Assembly: GCF_001949145.1 (NCBI RefSeq)
Contig: NW_019091357.1
Location: 1,357,210 to 1,421,209 of the forward strand
Length of the DNA stretch: 64,000 nt
Reading direction: 5' to 3'
Origin: Acanthaster planci
Taxonomy: Eukaryota
Every line of letters starts with the position of its first letter. Position 1 is the stretch's first letter. Positions 1-10,822 of the stretch are shown here, piece by piece. The notes below the pieces were generated by a model. That model searched no databases, was not told the origin of the DNA, and was given only the letters and a program-made list of their open reading frames with translations. Both the position numbers and the translations under genes were made by a program.

Positions 1-287
1 TAAATACCAGCCCCCTCCAAAATATCAGGCAATTACAACCCCCAAAATGAAAGAAAACTTCTTTTATTAGAAGTTCAACCATTAAATTCCCCCCCCAAAA
101 AAACTCAGGCAAACAAACCCCCCCCAAAAATAAAGAAATCAAGATTTTTAAATTGACGTTATAAATTTGTTCACAGAAGAGAATGACTTATGCTTCAATT
201 GAAGAAAGCTCACCCATTAAACTAGTAAACATTTATCAAGTACAGACTGTTTCCCCCCCAAAAGAATTATTCCACAAGAAGTTGGAT

Positions 288-351
288 CGAAGTGGTTAGG
301 GAGGAAGTGGCATAGGGCCAAGTGGAAATGGGGCGAAGTGACCCACACCCC
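288..351 (+). repeat. Dispersed repeat of 15-bp GGGGCGAAGTG units ending GTGACC.ACACCCC (copy 1)
   Basis: Shares about 30 nearly identical terminal bases with 16354-16468. Confidence 0.7.
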
Positions 352-625
352 TTTAACCGATGGTGCGCACATGCCTATGGAAGAATGATATGCAAAAAAC
401 TCATGGTGGCGCTCTGTATCTCTCTAGGAGACTTATAAAGGCGTTTCCTTGATATGTTTGTCAAATCTGACCCTTAAACATGTGAACAAGAAAAAGCATG
501 AAAAGTAAATAAGTTAAGTGAATTGCAAATCTGAAGGTATGAGATGTCTTAATTCACGGTATGAGTTGCCAAAGGTACGTGTACGAGTTGACTTGAAAGC
601 GGCTAAGCTACAGTACAGACTTGAC

Positions 626-745
626 TAGCTGCACTGAATGGAGTGTTAGTATTTCTCTTTTTCGAAGTTTGGACTGGATCGGTCATACTCGGTCCAAAAT
701 TCAAAAAAGAGGAAAATGCTTCTAACACTGCACTCAATAGAGCTA
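626..745. mobile_element. Foldback MITE (120 bp), TA termini, 9-bp TSD
   Basis: Long imperfect palindrome TAGCT...AGCTA flanked by AGACTTGAC (617-625) and AGACATGAC (746-754). Confidence 0.65.
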
Positions 746-965
746 AGACATGACACTGTTTCATACATGATATAGTTTCTCGACTTTTGTCACAGTTTTT
801 GCCAATAAGCCCCTCACATCCAGAGATAAAATTGCTCGTGATTTAGGTGTCTGTACAGTTGTGTTTGTTTGGTTGCATTTGGCCGAATAAATAATTATTA
901 ATTCTTGGAAGTAGTATCTACCTTACATCTGTACATTTTATGTGGTTCATGTCTTTGAATATCAG

Positions 966-3900
966 ATGGCCGATAAGTCTTCAGAAGTTTGTGTGTTACC
1001 AGTTTTCCATTTAACTGGATATGACAAGAGACAGTTACCCCAAATCCTTGATGCTGTGGAAAAGAAACTTCATTGTCGTCTCGTGGAAGATCTTCCTTTG
1101 CCCTTTGGTATGAATTAAAAATAAAATTTACTTTGTACATGCATGTGGATGTACCCTAACATTACCCACAGAACTTTGGGGTCCGATGGGGAGCGGGGTG
1201 GACATTGGACCCCACAGTTCTGGGGATACCCTAACGTGGTGTGGCCTCTAACATGGCACACTTTCATTTCGCTTTTTGTGTCTTAACAAAGCAAGAGTTT
1301 CAGCTCCAATTTCACAAGTATTGAGACTTTATCAAACTCCTGACATTCTGATTCATAAATCTCAGTTCTACATACCTGTTACAAAGTTTAGATGAAACTT
1401 GATTTTTTTGGCCCAATTTTCTGAGTTTTTTATGGCGTGCAAAATGAACTCATTTAAAATTTGCCCAGATATGTTTGAAAAGAAATTTCTGGTAAACTTG
1501 CGGATGGGTATTTGAATGGAAGTAATGATGCTTTACAAGAATTTATCAATTTTAAAGGATTTTGTAACTGTTCATATGGGATTTTCTGAGTATAGTGGGA
1601 ACACTCCGCTGAATTCAAGCCCAATTTCTGGATGCCAACAGTTTTGGATTTCATACGAAATTTCATGACACTAAAATTGTTCACAAAGGTTCAACACCCT
1701 GTATCATGAAGGCAATAGTACCAGTTTTTTCATTAATAATTTTACAAACCAGAAATAGTGACGCTTGTGGGGAAGTCCAAGAAAATTTAGCTAATTGCAT
1801 CCCATATGCAATGCCATGTTTTATGTAAAGAATTATCATGAAGACTAGTAACGGAAAATTCTTCGGAGTTTTCTCTATCTAGATTCCCAACAGTAGGATG
1901 AAAAACACCGAAATCCATAAATGCCATCAAGGGTGTGGGACATAGCATGTGTGAAAGTATGGACTTGCCCTTGTATGAGGCATATTCTAAATAAGCTGCA
2001 GTTTGTGAAAATTTCCTTGAATGAATTGATTCTTTCCTTGTGCTCTCATCAGATGAAGATATCATCTTCCTTGTGGGAGAGTCTGAGCTGTGTGATGCTG
2101 CCATCCCAGTCAAAACTCCATCGCAGCTGCTTTTGGAAGTATTTCAGCGTCTCAAGCCGAGGGTCCCAGGCTGCAAAACGATTCTCTCAGCAGAGTCACA
2201 ACTGGTCGTCATGCAGCTGTGCCTCGCAGAACACAGCAAAGAGGTTTGTTAAAGATGCACCATCGGTACCGACCATTTCGTTGAACATGGAGGTGCATGA
2301 AATATTCCACAACGGATGCGGCTTGACACTTACTGTTCTCATTGGAAACAGCCCAATGACAGATAGTGTTCCCATCTGAGCTTAACTTCCTTTGAGTTTC
2401 AAGGGTTTCATCCTAATCACTCCGCTGTGGCTTGATATCACACACAACTCTATGAGGACTGGCTGCGGCCACTACATGTAGTACAGCAGACTCCTGTCTA
2501 ATCTTAAGCCGCAGCCAAGTAATTCTGACACAGCCTAAGCAGAGGAAATATTGCTCAGCGAATTTACATGCCAAGCATAAGTTGCCTGGAAGCAGGTAGC
2601 GAGCAGTACATGATGTGTATCATTTTAGCTAGTAACCTGAATTTTCCAAGCAAAGTTTTCCATGCTTAGCAGCTAACACTTCAGGAAATTGAATTCTCGG
2701 AAAAGACACCCTGGAAATGATTGAACTCTGGGAATGTTAAGTGAAATGTATGTACGCTATCTACATGTACCTCGGGAATGTTCCACTCTGGCTGTGAGCA
2801 TACTGGAGATGCACCGTGTCCCTAAGGCACACTCGTACGTGCAGCTCTGGAAGGAGTACAAATTATTCCCTGTTGGAAGCACTTTTTCTCCAGTCTCAGT
2901 CCATTCTGAGTTGAGCTGACTATAAAAAAAATCTGGAAAATGACATTTAAAATGGCGTCCGTGATTGAGATTCAGTCCTGGACACCTTTTGTACATGTGT
3001 GAGTCAGTCACACATCTGTGGCAACTTTTAAATCCTTTTGACTGTTTTAAAATCTGTGGAACTTGAGGTACGTGAGTTCCAAATGATATCTTTTTCTTTT
3101 TGCAGTTTTTGCTTATGGCTGTTTGATTTCTTGCCAGAAATATGGTGTTTACGAAGCTGATGTCAGTCAGGTATCTCGAGCAACCAGTGAGCTCAACGAG
3201 CACAAACTTACCCAATGTGATGGGGATTCACCAGCAGGTCGATGCCAAAACTCGCCAGCAGAAATCTCAGCAAGTTTGTCACCGTCTCGGGCCGTGGGAC
3301 GCCGTTACAAAGCTTTCTTGTCAAGCTGCGGCATGCTGGACATACCAGATATCTATCAGCAAGTCCAGACGTTGTTGCACGAGAACAGAAGTGTAGCCAA
3401 GTTGTTCAGGGCCACGACCAGGTTAATCGTGCTACAGTGGCCATCCCAACTCATGGAGGTAACTCTCTCAACATGCTCAAGCTTTTCCTTAATTACCAGA
3501 TAATGTACATGTAGCATTTACTCCAACAGTTAAAACGAGGCGAGTAGCTTTCTCAGTAACAGTTTTCCATACTCTACTTTTCACGTATGTCGTGGTCATT
3601 CCTAATTCTAAACTCCGCAGGAGGTCTTAAGCGACTCCACCTACCTTTTTGTTTTTCTCTCCCTATTGGTGTGCTTGCCAAAGGAATGACCCAGTCCCGT
3701 ATTCCAACAGCGCATGCCCAAAATAAAGTATGTCTGGGGACATTCGCATGCTCATCAGTGCGAACTTACGCTGATTCACGTGCGTGCTTTGTTTCCAAAT
3801 GACCTTGCCTTCTTGAAATACTGAACTGGCTCATTGAGTTCAACATGGCTTACATTTTGGACAGAGACTGTTGATTTTGATCATTTGTTTTTAGAAGTGC

Positions 3901-6900
3901 TTTGATTGTTGCCTTATTGTTGCAGAGAAAAATCTTGAAGTTGTTGTGTGGTGGGGCATCCCCGACTGAAATTTCAGTGGATATGCTTTGGGCATCGTTA
4001 GGGGCCATCGGCGATGGGGAGTCCAGGCCAGAGGTTTGTGACAGAGATTGGGAGATGGTACAAAACTTGAGCAAAGACAAGTGTTGCCCAGCGTCAACCC
4101 CAAAGCCTCCAAAATCACCTGTTTCATCCACCGAAGTAAGTCCCCCTGCAAGGTCAGAAGTTGGTCTAACAAATTATTATTCAGCCTCGAGGATGCATTT
4201 AATTTGAAATTCCTCAGACCTCACGTATTAAATACTCGGTATGTATCAAAACCATATTGGAGTTAATTTAAGACTGGACAACTTAGATCAAGATGCCATT
4301 CAGTCAAAAATGCTGTCGAGGAATTGATAGCATATAAAGTTTGCTAACTTTAAGGTTCACTAATTGCTTCTCCAGGAAAAGAATTGTTCCAGTACTGAAA
4401 AGTTTCCCCAAAGAACTTTGGAAAACTGCTGCGTTTCAGAACAGGTTCTGTTTTTTCAGGGTTTTTGTCTTGTTTGCATCTCTTGTTTCATACTAGGTTC
4501 TGGTGCAGCATGTCTTCCTGTCATTCCTTGGCCTCCTTGTCAATTCTCGGGATGAGATTGCCCTGGCCAGATGTCTCAGCTACTCACCGTCAGGTCTCGA
4601 CCACAAAGGATTCACAGCCTTGAAGAATGCTGCCAAGATGAAAAACATGTCCATGTATCAGGTGAACCCCCCCCCCTCACAGATTATTCAGAAGCCTAAC
4701 AGTCCAGTACCTCTAATCACATCTTCGTATCTTGAGGGAAGTTTGGAAATCAGGCCACGGCCAAATGTTGAGTCTACAACTTAGTCTAGCCAGTTTCCAA
4801 ATTCTTAGGAACCCATTTCAAACATGGTCCCAGTTCTCCAGCAGGTGGAATTTGACAGAGTGGCATTTTTTCCTAAACTTTTATTTTGTATTTGCAGACA
4901 GCTGTGTCGTACATTACTCGGTTGAGGCTTGGTGGTCGCAGCTATGCACCAGGTTCTGACATGTCATCTCTGGCTGATCACGTTAAGAGTCTCGGTGAAT
5001 TTGTAACCAATGTCCAGAAACTACAGGTGTTGGTAGAGGAAGTCCCAAACACAAGGTTTGTAATTTTTAAACACCTTTGAAAGTTAAAGTGCACAGAGTT
5101 GACCCTCTGGTTTCTTTCCAGATTTGTTAATTTGTGTCAATTTAGGAAGATTTGTAGTTAGGGTACCAATCAAGTTTGGATTGACTAGTGAGCAGAAGGT
5201 CATGGGTTTGAGTCCCATCCAAGTAAGCTGTGAATTGTTTTGCAAGCCTTAAGACAACACCGAATGTACAGTGTTTATAAATATAAATTTGTTGAAATGC
5301 AAAACACCAGATATTAAAATCCACATCCCCACAATACAAAAATAAAGCATGGATAATTTTTTTTTAAGGTAAATTTTCTTGTCTGATAAGAAAAATCTAT
5401 GGGAAAAGTCTTACTTTTGAATATCTTGAGCCTTAGTTAATATACATGTTCTTAAACCATCGTTTTTTAACTTGACACATTTCATTTCTCGTTCTTTTAT
5501 GTATGAGTAGGCAGTGCATTACAAAGGTACTACTTTTGATCAAAAACATCCTTTGCAAGTGTCGGGACACCGTCTTCAAGCAAGCAGCTGTGGAAAAGGT
5601 CTGCCAGAAATTACTGACCAAATTTGACACTCTGCTGACGGTTTTTGATCGAAGAAGTACAAGTAGCCCTCCCAAGGTAATATTTAAGAACCACTTGGAG
5701 TTTGCAGGCAGCGGTGAATTGAATATGGATCTTTTTTACCCACGTGACTGGAATGCGCCAAATGTAAACAATACCACCACATGTGGACCGCCGTGGCCGA
5801 GGTGAACACATATATTCCTACAGGCAGCTTCAATCACGTACAGAGGGACGTACAAACACTGTATGTTTGACTAGTTTTATATCTCAAATAAGTAGATTAC
5901 CATCACCACACTATCCACTCATTACCATCACAACACATCGCAGTCCATCACAAGTGTGACATCACATGAGAAAGGTCTATATTATGCTATCATGATGGAC
6001 ACTGGATGTGGAAACTGAGCATAGTGTGAGGCAATTTCTGTCGTACGTACACGCGCATTTCTGTGATCGCTTGCAAGAAGATGCCCTCCACATGAGTGGA
6101 GTCTGCTGAAAATTAGTTGCAAATGCTGCCCTCTATGGCAGGAAACCCCAAAGCCAAGCATCAACCCCAAGGGTACTCTTTGTTTATGATGATCTTGCAC
6201 AAAAAATTTGAGGATGTAATTTTCCGTTTGTCAGACATGAGCTATACTGTGCGAGTGGGAATTTTGAGAACTTTTAAACTTAGGTTGCAGTTTCATACTT
6301 TTCACTCGACCTGCAGGCTGTTAATCAAGGAGGAAGTGTCTTGGGCCGTAAGACACTCAAAGTCATCCTGGCATTCCTTGATCAGGAGGCTACAAGCCCC
6401 GCCCACCATAATGCAGTAGACGTGCTGAGCGAATGCACCTTGACACAGACAACCCCCGTCCAAGTGCCGTCTTTTCTGGCACGGTTCAGGTGAACCAACT
6501 AAATTGAACTGCTGTTACCCACATAGTTTGAGGAAACGTTTCCGATACGTGCATTTATCAGACGATTCCTGCTCCAAAACTAATTGACTTATGGAACCCG
6601 ATTTTGCTTTTTTTTTTTCAAATCATGTCTTCATCACCTGTATCGGATTCAAGGTGGTTACAGGGTCATTGTCAAGCAGTTTCTGTTAGAACCAAATGAA
6701 CATATCCCGAAATGTTGGCCCGACATTACACGTATTTCACGCTTTCTGATTATTGTTTCCTTCGTAGCTTTTACTGGCAAATATGTTCATGTGTATAGTT
6801 TGTTGTCACTGTACTGTGATATGCTAAAGCGTAAGTGCTGAATGGATCACTGACCCTCCTATGCAAAGATGTAATCTGTACCAAGTTGTCCTATCAGTCA

Positions 6901-8330
6901 AAATCAGCCAAATGACATGTGATACGTCTGTGTGCTGTGGAGTTGGAAGACGGTGGAAGGGATTTCACTGACTGTGACTGTTCCAGCAAAAGGAGGGTTA
7001 CCAAGTATTAACATAAGCAGCGCAATTATTATGGGCTAAAAAATTACACCAAATTTTGGTCCGCAATCCTTATGTTGTGTTGTCTCACTTTTGCCAACCA
7101 GATAACAATTTGATAAAATGTACGACCCACTCAACTGTATTATTTTTACATTTTATCATTTGAAGATCTCCCGAGGTTGTGAACCCCAAATCTCCTGAGC
7201 ACCAAGCACTGAAAGAGAGACTCATGGCCCCAAAAGAGGTAAAGAAGATGACCGAGTCCTAGGGAACAATGCTCTGCAGGTCACCAGTTCTTTCTGTCGA
7301 CACTCGCCACAAAATTAGTCAAATCTTTCTGTTCAACTAATGAGCTGTAGCAACAGTAAGAACAGTATTCAAAGCCGGAAAATATATCTTGCTGGATTCG
7401 GGAGGTTTCATTGGCGGATAATTTTGCTTTATTAAAATTGCAGTGAATTTCATCGATTGATCCTGCCTAGTCAGAAAAAAATGGCCCTCTTCATAACTTG
7501 CCAAAGAAAGAATGAGAGACTTTGAAATGTTTGGTGGCAGCAAACATACCTTTTTTCCAGTTCTGAGCATGCCTACCTTCTGAGCAGAGCCTACCTTCTG
7601 AGCATGCCTACCTTTTGAGCATGCCTACCTTCGGGGTATGTGCAATACTGTGAAAAAGGACGGGTATACATGTATCTGTTGCCACCGGCAACTCAAAGCC
7701 TCCCATTGGTAACGGTGTTAGATGTAAGTTTTAACATAATGAATTGGATCCCAAAGTGAAACTTATTTGTTCTTTTGAAAGCAGGAGACCAAACAAGTCA
7801 AGATCTTTGGCTACAAGTCCGTCATGGCATGGGCAGAGCCAGACCGAAGAAACCCCCTCCAAGAGCAAAACCTGAACACTGACTGGAACATTCCAAGCCA
7901 GGCCAACAACCAGCCAATCAAGCTGTGGGCTGAAACACCACCAGAAAAGCACAACCGGGCGAGAGTTTTCACGCACGAGTTTGAGTCACCAGTAGGGAGC
8001 CCGCCCAGCCAATTGTTAACTAGGCCACACCAAAGGCAGGGCATGATTGATGGCACCCCAAAGCGACCTAAAGGGCGTGTCTCGAAAATGGCAGATGCCA
8101 TGATGGACAAGGAGAACCTACTAGCATACCCTAGGGAAGGGGGAAAGGCACAGGGGGCGGGGATAAAAAAGAAGGGGACAGAGGTCAAGAGAAGGGTCAA
8201 ACGGGTACTGATGGAGGACACCGGCAATAGCCAGCCAAGCAAGAAAGTCAAGAAGGGTGTGGCAAGTCAGAAGAAACAGGTGGCACTCGTTAAGGGGCAG
8301 AAGACACTGAATCAGTTCTTTAGACTGTGA
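966..8330 (+). CDS. PARPBP: PCNA-interacting partner / PARP1-binding protein (PARI), 10 predicted exons
   Basis: Phase-consistent GT-AG exons: 966-1107 (start exon tentative), 2053-2243, 3138-3458, 3926-4135, 4497-4661, 4898-5055, 5511-5676, 6317-6489, 7166-7238, 7785-8330. Peptides FLGLLVNSRDEIALA, RLGGRSYAP and LGRKTLKVILAFLDQEA resemble human PARI. The C-terminal PIP box QKTLNQFFRL* matches human QAKLTQFFRL. Confidence 0.9.
1163..1228. mobile_element. 66-bp hairpin MITE, 9-bp TSD (copy 1)
   Basis: Arms TACCCACAGAACTTTGGGGTCCGAT / ATTGGACCCCACAGTTCTGGGGATA; flanks CCCTAACAT (1154-1162) and CCCTAACGT (1229-1237). Confidence 0.7.
7559..7632 (+). repeat. 17-bp minisatellite (TTCTGAGCATGCCTACC) x~4
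   Basis: Direct tandem copies visible, possibly within a small element bounded by GGTGGCA (7533) / TGCCACC (7686). Confidence 0.85.
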
Positions 8331-8784
8331 CCGAATTCTTCCTGAACTGTTGTTAATTCTGTCTGCCCAGTGGATTAGTGCTTGCAGATTTTTTAAATTG
8401 GAGTTGAGACCACAGTGGACTTGGTCGACCTAACTCTCATTCCAACCTCATTATTGGTGATAATTCAGTTTTAAGAATCTGGATTCTAATTTTGGCAATG
8501 TACACATTCTTTTACTGTTTTCTTTTACATTTTATTGTACAAAATGCAGTCAACTATTAAAACATGTTGGATAATAAGACGCAGTACACTGAGCCATTAT
8601 TTTTGGAGAATCAGGATTTTGTGTGAAACATATGTCGGACACCAAGTACAGACGTTAACTAAAAACAAAATGTCTGAATAGAACACAATTTCCAATCTTG
8701 GAACAAAGAATTCTGGGGTTCACTCTTTTTCTCTCTTTTTCGATGTGTAAGATGAGGGATAGGTACAAGAGTTTTCTAAGAAAT

Positions 8785-9780
8785 TAAAATGCTTCAGTGG
8801 TTACGACTTCAAACTACAGACTCGGAGGTCCTGAATTCAAACCCCAACAAGTTCCTATTTTCTAAATTCAAGTACATCTTTTTTGATCTGTAAGATATTT
8901 ATATATATGGTCCAAACATGAATGAGTAAGAACATCAAGTGGTCCAGTGGTTTGGACTCGTAACTAGATTGAGAGGTCCTGGGTTCAAATCCCAACAAGT
9001 TCTTATTTCCTTACAATTTTTAAGCTCCACACCTTTCAATCTGTAAGATAAGTATATGGTCCGAGCATATATTAATAAGAAAATCAAGTGGTCCAGTGGT
9101 TAAGACTCTGAACTCTGGACTGAGAGGTCCTGGGTTCAAATTCCAGCCAGTTCCTTTTTCATAACATTTTTAAGATCCACACCTTTCAATCTGTAAGATA
9201 AGTATATGGTCCGAGCATATATTAATAAGAAAATCAAGTGGTCCAGTGGTTAGGACTCTGATCTCTGGACTGAGAGGTCCTGGGTTCAAATCCCAACCAG
9301 TTCCTTTTTCATAACATTTTTAAGATCCACACCTTTCAATCTGTAAGATAAGTATATGGTCCGAGCATACATTAATAAGAAAATCAAGTGGTCCAGTGGT
9401 TAGGACTCTGAACTCTGGACTGAGAGGTCCTGGGTTCAAATCCCAACCAGTTCCTTTTTTNNNNNNNNNNNNNNNNNNNNNNNNNNNNNNNNNNNNNNNN
9501 NNNNNNNNNNNNNNNNNNNNNNNNNNNNNNNNNNNNNNNNNNNNNNNNNNNNNNNNNNNNNNNNNNNNNNNNNNNNNNNNNNNNNNNNNNNNNNNNNNNG
9601 TACTGAGAGGTCCTGGGTTCAAATCCCAACCAGTTCCTTTTTCATACAATTTTTAAGATCCATACCTTTCAATCTTAAAGATAAATATATGGTCCGAGCA
9701 TATGTTACTAAGAAAATCAAGTGGTCCAGTGGTTAGGACTCTGAACTCTGGACTGAGAGGTCCTGAGTTCAAATCCCAGT
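8785..9780 (+). repeat. Tandem array of 150-bp tRNA-derived (SINE-head-like) units, at least 7 copies, interrupted by a gap
   Basis: Units start at about 8785 (degenerate), 8932, 9081, 9231, 9381, one partly in the gap, and 9713. Intact units have A-box TGGTCCAGTGG and B-box GGTTCAAATCC; most are followed by a T-run (TTCCTTTTT). The acceptor and anticodon stems do not pair. Confidence 0.9.
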
Positions 9781-9864
9781 GAAGTAGGGGCTTTTCTTTT
9801 ACTCAGTCTTAAATAAAAAAAATTAAAAGCAAAACTCTTTTTCACGCTAGCTTGTTTAGCTAGC

Positions 9865-9968
9865 TTGTTACCCTGCTGGGGATTGAACCTGCTTCTGGAG
9901 GGTTCTCGTCCCACCAGGGTGGTTCCACCAGGCAGCAAGCTAACCTGTTGAGCCACTTGGGTCCCCCA
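9865..9968 (-). mobile_element. Single degenerate tRNA-like/SINE head in opposite orientation
   Basis: Minus strand shows A-box-like TGGCTCAACAGG (9955-9944) and B-box-like GGTTCAATCCC (9889-9879). The cloverleaf is incomplete. Confidence 0.45.
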
Positions 9969-10822
9969 ACTACAAGTGTTCGTTTCTTATATATAAAGAT
10001 TAGATTCATACTTAGGAAAACTGTTCTTGAACCAGAACACACAAACCAAGAATATAAACTGGAAGCTGCAGGGTTTCCATGCAATACATAATTGTTTATC
10101 AGCACTGAAAGCTCAAGGAATACCTTGAAGATAATCAAACAAAGGCTTTAGTATTCCTCAACCCAACACCAACATTGTCTCAACCACTCCAAGATTTCCA
10201 AAAACTGTTAATGATTTAAGTGTAAAAAGTAATTTGACAGTTCAAACATTGCAGCACAAATTACTTTATATTAAAGTAGGAGGAGAAGAAAAGGAAAAAA
10301 CCTGTTTCAGAAACGGCACACAGTAGTGAAGTTTAATTAAAGCTTTTGGTTAAAACCTGAAAAAAGGATCCAAAACATAGGTCTCGCCACACTATGGAAG
10401 AAATTCATTTTGGGTGGTGAAAAATATGTATCATACAGCCACTCCAAGGTGGACAAATGGTAACGCAATAGCTACAAGGCAGCTCCAATCCTCCAAGATG
10501 GCCGACATTAGTTGTGACATCATCCCAAAGCCCTCAATACCTCCATAACAGTGGAAATGGAAATTGTCAGCCTTCAGGAAGGGTTCCCATATCTTTCAAA
10601 ATCTGCAATACAGACTGCTTCAGCTGTCAGTCAAAGCCCTGTTTGTCCACATATTTCCTCTTGCACATGGATAAAAACGAGGTGTGGACACCAAAAACAT
10701 CTGTGCTCTCTTTCCTTATGCCCTTGTTGTGAAGCGAAACACTGCTCTCTTCCGCATGGACGCAGAATCATTACAACCGGAACAAGCCCGGGGAAGTTGG
10801 AATGGCTAGCAGGATTCGGCAT

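Noticed and set aside
8932..9780. Functional tRNA-Gln(CTG) gene cluster, or a CRISPR array
   Set aside because: The anticodon and acceptor stems do not pair. The inter-repeat sequence is identical between units (no unique spacers), and the context is eukaryotic with no cas genes.
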